64,000 nt of DNA from Dipteris shenzhenensis (taxonomy: Eukaryota). Positions 48,776 to 61,500 of the stretch are shown piece by piece (the first letter of the stretch is position 1; each line of letters opens with the position of its first letter). Location of the stretch: assembly GCA_047967505.1 (NCBI GenBank), contig CM106538.1, one strand, 5' to 3'. Both the position numbers and the translations under genes were made by a program. The notes below the pieces were generated by a model. The model ran no database searches and was not told where the DNA came from. It worked only from the letters and a program-made list of their open reading frames with translations.

Positions 48776-51244
48776 TTAGCAGCCCACCAGCTCTGTCCTG
48801 GCTTCTTCCATGCTGTTCACTCTCATTGCCACAACTTCCTCCTCCAGCATGGGAGCGTCTGCGTAGATGTTAGACATGAACACATAGGCTGCAGCATCCT
48901 TTTCATCTAACTGCAATGCATGTTTAAAGGCCAGTCTTCCAAGCTCCACATTTCCCCACTTTCTAGAAGCCCCCAACACCTTATGCCACATCACGAGATT
49001 GGGATGAAAAGGCATGTTCTTCACCATTGCTATAGCCTCATCTAATTGGCCTGCACGGCCAAGGAGATCAACCATGCAAGCATGGTGCACGGCCGTTGGA
49101 GGGATCCCATAGTTCTTGGTCATGGCCTCAAAGTATTCTTGGGCCTTATCTACTAGACCTGTATGACTGCATACATTAAAAACGATCAGGAATGTGACCC
49201 GACCTGGCTCAAAGCCTTCTCCTCTCATTTTCTCAACCATATGGAAAACAATTTCACTTTCCCCTAGTTGGGCATATCCTGCAATTAGTGCATTCCACGA
49301 GACTTCGTCTCGAATTGGCAGCTTGTTAAATGCTTCCCGTGCTTCTGCAAGCGAGCCACATTTGGCATACATGTCCAACAAGGTGTTGCCAACAATAAGA
49401 TCCCTTTCCAGCCCATTTCTCGCAATCTCTGAATGTATTTCTCGCCCCTTGTCAATGGTTCCTATGCTGCCACAAGCTTTCAAGCTGCAAACAAATGTGA
49501 CAGCATTTGGAGTGACGCCCTCCAGTTGCATCTGTCCAAAACATTTCAGTGCTTCCTCACCAAGCCCATGCTCTGCATATCCTGCAATCAGTGCAGTCCA
49601 GGAGACCTCATTCCGAACTTGCACCTTGTCAAACACTTCCCGTGCTTTTGCAAGCAAGCCACATTTGGCATACATATCCACCAAAATGTTGCCAATAGTA
49701 AGATCCCTTTCCAGCCCATTTCTCGCAATCTCAGCATGTATTTCTTGGCCCTTGCCCACAGCTCCTATGCTGCCACAAGCTTTCAAGCTGCAAACAAATG
49801 TGACGGCATTTGGGAAAACACCCTCCAACAGCATCTGTCCAAAACAGTTCAGCGCTTCCTCACCAAGCCCTTGGTCAGCATATCCTGAGACTAGTGCAGT
49901 CCATGATATTACATCTCGAACTTGCAACTTGTCAAACGCTTCCCGTGCTTTAGCAAGTAAGCCACATTTGGCATACATGTCCACCAAGGTATTGCCAACA
50001 AAAAGCTCTCTTTCCAACCCCTTTCTGGAAACCTCTGCATGTATTTCTAGGCCCTTGTCTATAGCTCCTATGCTGCCACAAGCTTTCAAGCTGCAAACAA
50101 ATGTGACAGCATTTGGAGAGACACCGTCCAGTTGCATCTGTTGGAAGCAGTCCAACACTTCTTCACCTAGCCCATGTCTGGCATATCCTGCAACGAGTGT
50201 ATTCCAGGAGACTACGTCTCGATCTGGCAGCTTGTCAAGTGCTTCCCATGCTTTTGCAAATGATCCACATTTAGCATACATATCCACCAAGGTGTTGCCA
50301 ACAAAAGTCTCTCTTTCCAACCCCATCCTGGCAATCTCAGCGTGTATTTCCCAGCCTTTGTCTACGGCTCCTATGCTACCACAAGCTTTCAAGCTGCAAA
50401 CAAATGTGATAGCATTTGGAGAGACACCCTCCAATTGCATCTGTTCAAAACAGTTCAGCGCTTCCTGATTAGGACCATGTTCGGCATAGCCTGCTATTAG
50501 TGCAGTCCACGAGACTACGTCTCGCGCTGGCAGCTTGTCAAAAATTACCTGTGCTTTTGCAAGTAACCCACATTTGCAATACATATCCAGCAAGGTGCTG
50601 CCAACGAAAAGATCTCTTTCTAATCCCTTCGTAGAAATCTCAGCATGTATTTCTTCACCTCGTTCCAGATCTTTTAGCCTAGAACAAGCCTTCAGTAAAG
50701 CCACGAAGGTGTACTTGCTAGGATGTACAGAATCCTCTCGCATTTTCTGGTACAGGTCGAGCGCATGCTGTGATTCCCCACCTTCAATATAACCCCTGAT
50801 GAGAGAAGTCCAAGAATGCACACTCCGATCAACTAACCTGTTAAATACCTGCTGTGCATCACACATGCTTCCAACTTGCACCAACGTTTGGATGAGGTAG
50901 TTCCCAAGAGATCTATAATCTTCCAGCCCATTTTTGCATATGTAGGCATGCAAGCGCTTAATATATGCTACATTTTTATCTGTTCGGCACTTAAGCACAA
51001 TGCATATAAGCCTCTGAACAGAAGGCAGATGCGGCATCCGTTCCATAGACGTGAGTGCCTCCTCTAAGCTAAGAGCGTCCCAGGCACTCGTCTCTTGCAG
51101 TTCTTGTGCTTTAGAAGCATTCATGTGAAAGCCAGCCTTGCCACAAAGCCAACGTTCCTCCAGCACCGCTGGGCTTGATAGCAGGTGTGGTCCTGCGCCA
51201 TTAACAAGTCCCTGCCAAGCATCTGAGCGACGGCAGGGCTGCAT
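48776..51244 (-). CDS. PLS-class pentatricopeptide repeat protein with E domain, no DYW (organellar RNA-editing factor candidate)
   Basis: 822-aa intronless ORF with repeated P-L-S triplets (LVDMYAKCG...DVVSWTALIAGYA...PNAVTFVCSLKACG) and a C-terminal E region (HHACMVDLLGRAG...AAAYVFMSNIYA) followed by a stop. Confidence 0.95.
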   Translation of the reverse strand: MQPCRRSDAWQGLVNGAGPHLLSSPAVLEERWLCGKAGFHMNASKAQELQETSAWDALSLEEALTSMERMPHLPSVQRLICIVLKCRTDKNVAYIKRLHAYICKNGLEDYRSLGNYLIQTLVQVGSMCDAQQVFNRLVDRSVHSWTSLIRGYIEGGESQHALDLYQKMREDSVHPSKYTFVALLKACSRLKDLERGEEIHAEISTKGLERDLFVGSTLLDMYCKCGLLAKAQVIFDKLPARDVVSWTALIAGYAEHGPNQEALNCFEQMQLEGVSPNAITFVCSLKACGSIGAVDKGWEIHAEIARMGLERETFVGNTLVDMYAKCGSFAKAWEALDKLPDRDVVSWNTLVAGYARHGLGEEVLDCFQQMQLDGVSPNAVTFVCSLKACGSIGAIDKGLEIHAEVSRKGLERELFVGNTLVDMYAKCGLLAKAREAFDKLQVRDVISWTALVSGYADQGLGEEALNCFGQMLLEGVFPNAVTFVCSLKACGSIGAVGKGQEIHAEIARNGLERDLTIGNILVDMYAKCGLLAKAREVFDKVQVRNEVSWTALIAGYAEHGLGEEALKCFGQMQLEGVTPNAVTFVCSLKACGSIGTIDKGREIHSEIARNGLERDLIVGNTLLDMYAKCGSLAEAREAFNKLPIRDEVSWNALIAGYAQLGESEIVFHMVEKMRGEGFEPGRVTFLIVFNVCSHTGLVDKAQEYFEAMTKNYGIPPTAVHHACMVDLLGRAGQLDEAIAMVKNMPFHPNLVMWHKVLGASRKWGNVELGRLAFKHALQLDEKDAAAYVFMSNIYADAPMLEEEVVAMRVNSMEEARTELVGC

Positions 51245-53173
51245 AGTTTCGACCTTCTAAAGTATGATCATCTTCTGGAGAAACGCTCTAAGTCGCTAGA
51301 GGAGGGAGTTGTCTTGTTACTCGGGGGAGGGAGCTCTCAACGAGGAAGCTCTCAAAGAGAGCTCCCTCCCTCTCTTCCCTGAAACCATTCACTCATTCAT
51401 TGTTGCAACTTCACATTTGGTCGGCCCTGATCTGGGTTTTGTTTATTAGCATTGCCTCCTTAAAAGGTTCGCACGAGGGGCACGTGTCGGACCTCCAACC
51501 CGAGGCCCGGTTACATCGTGTGGGAACATTTTGAGTCAGTCGCGTTGGAGAGGGGGGAGGATTTTGGAAAATTCACAAAGCCAGGCCAGCACTCCAACGC
51601 CGCAAAAATGTTGGTGATAGCATTTACGAGGCGAGGGGCTACAAATCCTTCTTCCCGATGCTAGATCAACGCCACTCCGATGTGGGGAGGCCCTCTTAGA
51701 GGCTTTCTTAACCTACTTTGAGATGGTTGTTGGCTTTTCAGCTTTTCGCTTGTGTGTGGCTGTTGGCTTTTCAACTTTTAGCTTGTGTGTGCTTTTAACC
51801 CCCCTCCAACTTGGCTATAAATCAATTCAGGGGCTCTCCCTGGAACGATTGCCTTGGCTTCCTCCAGCTACAAGTCTTCAAGTCACTTCAAGCTTTCCGG
51901 TCGCTCATCCAAGTCTCGCGTGTTCGTTTGTGAGCACAATGCTAAAGCCGATTCGCCTTTTAATTGCTAAAGTCGTTGCTTGAAAAAAAAAGTTGCTATC
52001 CAGAAAGCCGTTTGCCAAAAAAGCAGGTTCGCTTATTAAAAAAAACCCATTTTCCTGTTGAAAGGGCTTTATGCTAGCCAAACGGGCTTTATGCCTGCCG
52101 GTGAAGAGATTGTCGTCTACTGGATCTGTTTATAAAAATAAAGCCAAAAAAACCCCTAGAAAGTTGACATTAAAACTTTACAAGTATCATTCGTAAAACC
52201 TTCAAGGAAAAATAACACCGATTTACCTTTCAGTTTTAAATTATAGTTTTTTTTTTAAAAGGCAGTCGCTTTGCAGTTAGTGTGAGAGCATACAAATAAC
52301 TATAGAACCTTGGCAAAGCCTAATGGATCTTGCGAGTCCTCAAAGCGTTTCTTTTTTATTATTTCTTACTTAACAATCGACAATGTCTAAAGACCCGTAA
52401 AACCCACAAGTTGGAGCCAAGTACTTTCGTGCATACATGCACCCTTGTTATAATGAAGGATTGAAACTCTTTTGTGAATTTCCACTTGTAGTTTTTTAAA
52501 AGAGTAACTAAGTTCTATGTTTCAAATTGCCATTTATGGAGATCATCCTACAAAAATTGCCTTTTAATGGCCCAACTCCCTTTCAAAAACCGTTTGCTCT
52601 CTCTTTTGCATCCAAAAGATGTTTTATCACACTATACTAGGAGGCAATGCCCAAAGCACACTTATGCACTCTTGTTTGCCTAATAGGGCTGATCACTTCG
52701 GTCCATTTTTTAATACATGTTTATTCTGTAGATAAGATGATGACTTTGCGAGAAATTTACAGGCCTTGAGACTTAGGCCAAGCCCTAGGAAGGTGAAAAT
52801 TTAGAAAGGAGGTATGGTGGGTAGCAATGAGAAGAAGATTTGGACATCTCAAGACTTTGATCGAGATGCAAGGAAACCTCCTAGAGTAATTATGGTTGTC
52901 CCATCCAAGCGTTTGCAATCCTTAAATTATACTATGAAAGGTCCATGAAAGGAGAGCTTAGGAAGAACGCTAAAGAGTGGCAGGGAAGAAGCGTCACCTG
53001 CTGCAATCTCACTAGAAAAGATATGTGCATAGTCCAATCTAAAAGAACGCTTGGTTTAGAGAAAGGAGGTTGAAATAAAATTTCTCAAAAGGTCGAGACA
53101 TGAAGCAGATGTGTAGATATGAAGGATCCAAGGAAGGAGTGTACTCAACCACTTTATAAGCCAAATCAAGAAT

Positions 53174-53176
<3 letters not shown>

Positions 53177-53222
<46 letters not shown>
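53177..53222. repeat. (CT)n microsatellite
   Basis: Perfect ctct run. Confidence 0.95.
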
Positions 53223-53225
<3 letters not shown>

Positions 53226-54989
53226 CTCTCCTAGAAACAACAGCATATAAAGAATCTATGTTAATTCATAAATCTTTGAAAGTGGTTTTCTAAGTTTATT
53301 GCTCTGTCTGTGAGTGATTGGTTATGTGTGTCCTCGAGGTGGTTGTGTAGGTTGGGAGTTTCAATGTGAGATCTAAGAGAAGAAGGTGTGAAGATCTTTC
53401 TAGTGAGGGTCCCAAGGGAGGCTCAATGAGCAATGATTATCTGAAGACTAGTCTTGTTGAAGGAGAGAATGAGATGATTGCCTGGGAATTCCTATTTGAG
53501 CCCTGAGGAATGCGTGTCATTTGCTAAAACTTTGCCCAAGAGGTAGTACAGGGGGTAGGCAAAGAACATGAGGATAAGAGAAGGAAGAACGAAGAGCATA
53601 TGCTGAAAGAAACTAGTAGGGGGTTTCTCATCCCTCTTGAAGGAAGAAGCATGTCACATCCTATGTGCAGACATATTACCCGTCACCGGGCTTGCATGCT
53701 CAATAGAGTACTAGAGTGAATGATAATGAGTGATTAAAGGCGATTAGGCTTCATGATTTACTTTTGTGGTAATTACTTCTCGATGTGGTGGCTTTCATTA
53801 GCCATGTCTATCGCCCGGGGGATTCACTCTTCATGAAAGGGGGACGTCACCTGCGTGCATGAACTTCAAGAAAACCCCCTATTTAAGATCCATGTAGGAT
53901 GATAAAACACCCCTATTTAAGCTTATAAGATACCACCAAAATTCTATTATGTCCCCCCTTTCCTTAAATCTACATTCTTTCTCAAGCATTTAGATCACAC
54001 AATAAGAAAATTTAGATTACTTTCCCTATGACTATTTAAAACCATACACAAAACCAAACTTGTTTGGACTAGTTATCCAAGGTAGCCTATACTATGTCCC
54101 CCCCTCTTAAATATGGCATGGCCCCCCTAACTTAAATTCAATATTGGGAAAAAATAAAAGGCCCCCCACCCCTAATGTATAAGCTTATGCCTCATTAAAA
54201 AAAACCCCCCTATTGTACACTCACATGATATCATAAGTTTCCTCTTGTGAATCCCCCGGGGTCTATCGTGGCTAAGATTCCATCGGGCTAGGAGCAACAG
54301 CTAATTACCTGCCACCGCAGTGGCCTGCTCACCCATCATCGAGCGTCTGATTCAAGATTGCCAGCTTGTCTTGGGTGGTACTTAATATTCCACCGTGGTG
54401 GCGTACAATTAATATGGATGGAATCCCAAGCTCCTGCCACCACGGTGGCTCAAACTTTATAATATATAATATCTGTAGCATTTGGCATTTTACTATGTTG
54501 CTCGCATCTACCCCTACTCGGCTACTTTACTTCACACCCCTCCTCCATATATTTTCTACCCCTGGTCTACTTTGCTCCATGCTCCCTCCTCCAACTCTTG
54601 TTACTCATCTTCTCCATTGCTCATCTTCTGCTCACCCACTCATCTTCACACACTACTAATTAACACTAAATAGTACTATTTAGTCATAATGAGTATTCTA
54701 TTTAGTCATAATAACTGACTTGAAAGAGCAAACAATACTATTTTGTCCTATCTTTATTCCTAGGACTGATTTCTAAAATATGGTCTATACTATAAACATA
54801 TTACGTCCTCGGTGTAGTATTTAGTACTATGATTCTATGATTTAGTGCTAAATTTGCTTCATATAGAGTCTGTTACAGTGTTAAATGTTAGCTTTAACAT
54901 TTGAACAATACTAATATTATCCTTGATAGTACTAAATAGTTGTAAAGAGTACCAAATAATAGTGTGTAACTTGGGCTTTGTTGTTGAAA

Positions 54990-55643
54990 GAAGGAAGATG
55001 CATCTCTGTGAGCTCCAAGAAATGGGTGGGACGTATTGCATACTTTTTTGGGCCAAGCCTATGCCTGCAAACATCCTTCTTGTTCGGGAAAACCCTGGTG
55101 TTGTCTTTCCAGAACTGGACAACACATTGAACAATCTCACAACTTAAGGAATCCTGTCTATGCTTTCGACCTTCATTTGCCCATTTGAAGGAAGCTTATT
55201 TTATGTCCACGCGATGTTTCTTCAGATTCCGTGCTTGAATTCCAAGGGCTTTAACTACTTTGCTATCACTATATTTTTTAAATGCTGAAGTGTTAGCAAT
55301 CATGTGGAGAGGTGCTCTCTTCGCAGCTAACTTATCAGCACTTTCTACTCTTTTCACAAGACTCAATGATGTCTTTAGATTATCCACTATTGCCATTGAT
55401 ATGGACTGGCTTTGAAAAATTTGTCTCATCGACAACCTCTTGCATATCTGGATGTTTTATAATCTTAGACAAAATGTTAGCCTTCATTCTCAAGTCCAAG
55501 TTCTTTGTGGTATGCTTGAAATGTCGCACAACTATTAATGTCAAGTGTCTCATGTTCCTTTCGGAGCAATGCTGTGGCAGTGCATTGAGCGAGTTCCCGT
55601 CATGGTGTGGCACTTCTAGTTCGGAGTTCTCCATCCTATGCAC
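54990..55643 (-). pseudogene. DNA-transposon-like protein N-terminal fragment (possibly Sola-like)
   Basis: Minus-strand ORFs 55380-55643 and 55196-55435 continue past a stop into KWANEGRKHRQDSLSCEIVQCVVQFWKDNTRVFPNKKDVCRHRLGPKKYAIRPTHFLELTE. Confidence 0.4.
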
Positions 55644-55742
55644 AACTATATTTCAATGGTAAATCATAAATTAATGAATGACATAAGAAGACAATACCTT
55701 AAAACATGCATGCTTAATCTTACTGTATGAGAAAGTCATCCT

Positions 55743-55743
55743 G

Positions 55744-55809
<66 letters not shown>
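55743..55809. repeat. (GA)n microsatellite
   Basis: Near-perfect gaga run. Confidence 0.95.
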
Positions 55810-55811
<2 letters not shown>

Positions 55812-57314
55812 CTGTAGAATCACTCAAACATAATTGGTTTTTGCGCTAGAGAGAACATACGGTCCAAAGTGCGAGGGCTTCAATGAGAGAGAAGGGGAGA
55901 GCCAGTTTGTACAGAGAATGGAGAGAGCTAAGGAGAGAGAGAGCGGGGGAGAGAGAGCAATGGACCTTTGGGAGAGAGAGAGAGCAATGGACCTCTAGTA
56001 AAGATGAGCGGAGATAATTGCAAGGACAGAGACAGGACTCCACGAGAGAGAAGAGAGTCAACTATCAATGGTTTCAAACATGTGCGAGTGATTCCACGAG
56101 AGAGAAGAGAGTCAATTGAGAGTAGATTCTAGATCGCAGATTCCTCGATGTGCGAGGAAATCATCCTCGATTGAGAGTGGATTGCAGTTATAGATCGTGG
56201 ACTCCTCGATATGTGGAAATCTAATCCAACTGTCAGCGCCTTTTAGTACACAATTTAGTACTATATCTATGCTAGAACCTTTGCCAAAAAGAGTACTTTT
56301 TTAGACACTGTAGCACGCTTTCACCCCCATGGTTAACTTTTAATTACCGTTATCTACTACACGTGACCATGTGGCTTAAGGTCTAAGATTTGGATGAAGA
56401 AGCTCATGATGGGTGATGATGATGCTGAGGAGGTGATGACAACAAAGGTTGGCTGCTTAGTTGAGGAGGGCTATGGACATTGCGTGCTGGTAGAAGGAGC
56501 CGCTACAAAGCTGGGTGCATTGCTTTGTTAGTTGCTATAGGAGACTAGCTCGTTGGACGATCAGTTGACGGAGGAGGTGCCTTGCCTTAGGTCGATTGCC
56601 TGCTTAGTCGGTCTTCTGTTGTGAGCCTCTCAAATGAAGAAGTTTTTAATGATGCACATGGGCGATGATGGAGATTTGCGGTGTGCCTGCTGCGCACAAA
56701 GGCTTGAAGAACTATGGGTCTGTTGAAGAGACATTGACATTGGAGATGTTGCAAATGAAGACGATGATTGCGCGATGATTGCATGGAGATCCTTGCAGAT
56801 GGAGAGGTCTAAGAGATAGCTGCTCAGCTGCTACAGTCTTGTGCTTGCACTATGCATGAGCTTCACCTTTGTCAGTGTTGTTAGGTCATCATAATAGCTT
56901 GAGAGCTTTGTGCACTGTCATTATTTCAATCTATTGATGCTTCTTGCTGTTGCATCGTTCTAGATTTGCCTTGTGCTTGTTGTAGCACGTCGTTGTAGTG
57001 TCATCAAACTGCAAGGTCTTGGTGTTGCTCTCGTGGCATGTGATGTTGTGGTTTGGTGTTGGAGCCTTGCTTTAGTATCTTGAGTCGAGATGATTGCCTT
57101 CGTATAGCTGCCTTTGTTGTAGATCTAGCATTGATCATAGCTACTATTGCATGCTTTCTACCTGGGTCATCTTGCGAGTTATTGTAGTGGCATCTACAAT
57201 GTTCATCTTTGGTTGACATAGAAGTTGTTGTTGATGTACTCTTGGCTTAGTTTGGTCTACACTGTTGGATCTACCTTGTAGCTGTTTAGAGTAAGTTTGC
57301 TAATAAAGTAGCAT

Positions 57315-57317
<3 letters not shown>

Positions 57318-57374
<57 letters not shown>
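57318..57374. repeat. (CT)n microsatellite
   Basis: Perfect ctct run. Confidence 0.95.
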
Positions 57375-57376
<2 letters not shown>

Positions 57377-57559
57377 AAGGTAGGAAATAGATTTCCTAGA
57401 ATGAATAGACTCACAAACTAGCCAAGAAGGATCTACAAGTGAATGGAAAGGAACATTCTTTGGTGTGTTGGTTGCAGTTTGATGCTATCAATCTAGAGAT
57501 TGAGAAGCTCATTAGTCGGGGAGTCTACTACCTCTTCTTTACAAGTAGAGTACTGACAA

Positions 57560-58480
57560 TGGGAGAACTTCAAGAATTTTTTACTTAAGAGCTTGAAATA
57601 CCAGTAGCAGGTTATGCAACGAGTTTCATGGGTAGAGGATTCTTCCTTTTTCGATGTGTTTTCGGAGGCAATTAGGAATAATATTCCTAGTCCGTCTTAC
57701 ATGTTTTCTGGTGTGTAGTGTTGGCTATTCCTTGGAGTGTGTTGTTCAATATTGATGAGCTTAAAAGGACTATGTGTCTATTATTTGGAGAAGAATGTTG
57801 AGCTTGCACTTTTGTAGGAAGTGAAGTGTGGAGCAGATGATGGATGTTGGATCGCATTCAGCCAGATTGGCTTTGATGCCTTCTTGAACTACCCTGTGAG
57901 AGGGGAAGCGAGAGTTTTTGTACTTGTGAACAACCCGGTAGAGGTGAAGGAATTGTTCATGGATGAGGATGGTCAGTTTCTTATAGTGTCGATTTTGGTG
58001 TCTAGTTTCCAATTTAATGTAGTTAATGTGTATGCTTCTAATGATGCTCAAGCTCCTGGGGAGTGCTAGAGGGAATTAAATGAGAAAAGTCCTTTATTTG
58101 GTGGGGATTCAAATATGATTGACAATATGGAAGATAGGTCTCACGCTATGAGGGGGATTTCAGGGTTTGAGCTTGATTATGTTTAGATAAAGGTCTTGTG
58201 GACTGTATTGATTTGGATATTGAATGAGTGGATTTTCCTAGAACAATAGGAGAAAGGGGGATGAGTTTAGGGCAAGTAGAATTGAAAGGGTTTAGGCCAT
58301 AGAGGACCATTGGTGGATGTGTGCTCCTATGGGGAGGAGATGTCTATTCAATTCTGGAATCTCTGATCACACTCCTATGGGGTTGCCATTCTCATTATTG
58401 GGAGAGGCAGTAAGGTTTCATTTAAATTCAACAAGAAGCTATTGCAGATAAAGGACCTTTGTGAGGAAATTTGGAAGGTT
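57560..58480 (+). mobile_element. Highly degenerate LINE fragment (endonuclease region)
   Basis: APE motifs DEDGQFLIV...VVNVYASND, GGDSNMID and SGISDHTP. Confidence 0.6.
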
Positions 58481-58519
58481 TCAAGTTAGTTGTGGTATGG
58501 AAAGGCAACAGAGAGAAGA

Positions 58520-61500
58520 TGGGGACTGACACTGGAGGTAGAGGTCCTCCAAATCTGACCCTTGCATGGATTTGATGCGGACCTCTTCGACAAAGATGTT
58601 TGGAATGGAGATCCTGCACACTTTCCTCTACTAAAAGAGATGTTTTCATCGCCACCTTCAGAGAATGAACCGTTAAGAACTGTTGCTACGATCCCTCTCT
58701 CTCCAACAGTTGGTAGAGGAAACTCCAAGCAGGCTCCAAGGCCCTCATACATGGGCGTGGTCCAGGAGTTCAGAGGCAGGCTCTTCACCCCCCCTTTCAT
58801 GCATTGTTTTGCTAGCTCTGCCAGCAAAGGAGAACATGAAAGAGCAAGAGAAACTCACAGCTCCCTCAGACTACAAAGCACACGCAATGGAGATGACTAG
58901 GGATCAGCAGGTAAATTAGGAGGAGCCACCGAACGAAGGGTAGGTAGTTTTGATGCTGACGCCGAGGTTGATGGGCTCCTTTCGAGCCAAAAAAAAGAAA
59001 ATTTATAGGCGCCCATCAAGAGCTCCTCTCCTCGCTTCACGGATGGGCCCAATGCAAACAGAGATGCAGGAGGCAGGACTCCCGATTCTTAATCCAAGGA
59101 TGGAGCAAGCAGAGGCCCCAAGACAGCAAACACAAGTGGAGAAACCAAGACACCAGACTATAGAAGAGAAGCTGAAAGCTTTGCAACAGAAGACCCACGA
59201 CAACAACAATTGGAGACTCAACAGCCTGAAGTTGAGGAGAAGCCATCTCCTAAAGTGGTTGCTTTTCTTAATGAGGATAGGCTTGAGCAATCCATAGATT
59301 GGCTTTAATCCCATGCCTTAATAGGGTATCTTCCTGGTCCTAGACCTCCAGTTGCTTTTCTAGAGGGATGGCTTAGAAACAACTAGATAAGAAAAGGACT
59401 TGTGGTCACTAGTGTTAGATTCTTAAGAAAAGGGTTCTTCTTTTTCCTTTTTGAAACAGAGGACATAGCCTGGAAGGCTCTTCACCATGCTCTCTGGACC
59501 ATAAGGCATCAACCTCTCTATCTAGAGTTTTGGTCCCAGGACTTCAACCCTGACAAGCCTAGATCCACCTTTGTACCTATTTCGGTAGAGCTCCCTAACC
59601 TTCCCTTCTCTTTAGTGAACCAAGCTCCTAATCTATGCATAAGCTTAGGGCAAGTGATAGATGTGGAAAAGGAGCAATTCATTAATCCTAGAGGCCACCC
59701 CTAGGTGTGTGTTAGGTTGGATGTTGCTGAGGAGCTCCCAGAGACTTTGGTGATTGTCAACAGAATGGGAGTGTCTATATGGAGCAGCCGTTGGTATACA
59801 AGAACCTTCCTAACTCATGTTTTTTGTGTGGGTTATCAACTCAGATAGTCAGAAGTTGCCCTTTAAAGAGAATGGTTCAGGAGCCAACTCAAGAACAAGC
59901 CAATCTCCCTCCCAAGCCAAAGTGGACTGTCAAAGGTAGGTAGGGTGAAAAATGCAAAAACAGTGGTAGATAATAGTATAGGCAAGACGGCAGATGATCA
60001 GAAGAAGCTTGTTATGTAGTAAGAAAAGGAGAGAGTGACATTTCCTCTGGCAACTAACAATACTTTTGAGGCTCTCATTGACCAAGAAACAGAGAAGTGG
60101 ATACATGACGCACAAATGGAAGAAGCTAAAATCAAACCTGGCTGGTCTAGAGAGTTTGAGGAGGATGTAAATCAATTAGATGCCAGTATGAGTGAATCAG
60201 AATTGGGAGAATCAGAGGAAGAACTCCCTTTGGCACAAAAATAGAATAATCCTACTGGAGCCCTTGCCAAACCTCAAGCCACTACTCTGAACAAGAGAAG
60301 GATATCCCAAGTAAAGGGTTAGAGTGCCCCACCCAAAAGCCCAGCCCCCAAGTCTAAAAAGGGGAAGAGTAAGAATGGTAAATAAACCATTCACTTTTCT
60401 TACACTTAATGTTTGTGGATTAACTAACCCTTGGAGGAGTCAAGAACTAGCCAAGTGGTTGAGAGACAGCTCTTTGTCTCTTACTTTTCTTGTGTTACAA
60501 GAGGTGAAAGTAACTAATGTCACCCTGGAAAATAGACTTAAAAATGTTGACAGTAGAAGAATATGGTACTTCACAAATCATGAGGAAGGTAGAGGTGGCA
60601 CACAGCTGTATCAGTATATGCCCCAACAAGATCCATGGAAAGAAGAACCACATGGGATTCAATGTTGAATTTAGGAAGTGACTGTGTTATTATGGGAGAT
60701 TTCAATATGGTGGAGAATGCTAAAGACACATGGATGCAGAAGGGATCAGTAATTAGGCATCGTGAACTACAAATAAGGGAAGATCTCAAAGAAAATTTGC
60801 AAGTTGTGGACATTGGGACTCCCAGCATTTACACTTAGAGCAATAGATAGGTAGGCAATCTGAGGAGAGAAGTCAGACTAGATAGAGTGTATATTGCTCC
60901 TCTGATTGACCAAGCACGAGAAGTGAAGCAATCAACCTTTTCCTCTCTCACCTTATTAGACCACAAGCCAGTGTTAGCTTGTATTGATTTGGGGAGTGGG
61001 AAGAAAGGCAACCCATGGTTTAAAGCTAACCCCTCCTTGTTCAAGCTGCAGATAGTCCAAAGACAGATTATAGAAAATTGGAACTTTCCTTTGCAGCAGC
61101 TGATTCATTGTCTCAGGGTTGGAAGGATGCTGTTGAAAGGGTCCAGACAGTCTTAAAGGAAGCCAAAAAAAAAAGAGTTGCCATCAGAGAAAGGAGAATG
61201 GAAAAGCTTAAGAAGGAGATTGAAGTACTTGAACAAAGAGCTAGAAGTAATGATCTCAATGCTCCACCAATTACTGGTCAAAAGAAAAGAAATTCGGATA
61301 TAGGAGCAGATCAAGTTACAAAATGCCAAGATCTACTTCAGGAACTTCAAGAGGATTAGAAAAAAGAGAAATCATGAGGAAATTCCTTTGTTGCAGAAGG
61401 ATGATGGTAAAATGGTTAAATCAGAAGCAGAAAATATTGACATCATAGTCAACCACTTCAAAAACCTTTTGAGTACAACAGACATAACCGATAACAAGGT

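Noticed and set aside
49194-50468. 424-aa plus-strand ORF with repeats
   Set aside because: Antisense shadow of the repetitive PPR gene.
54651-54660. cactacta as a CACTA terminus
   Set aside because: No matching tagtagtg end found; short motif in AT-rich DNA.
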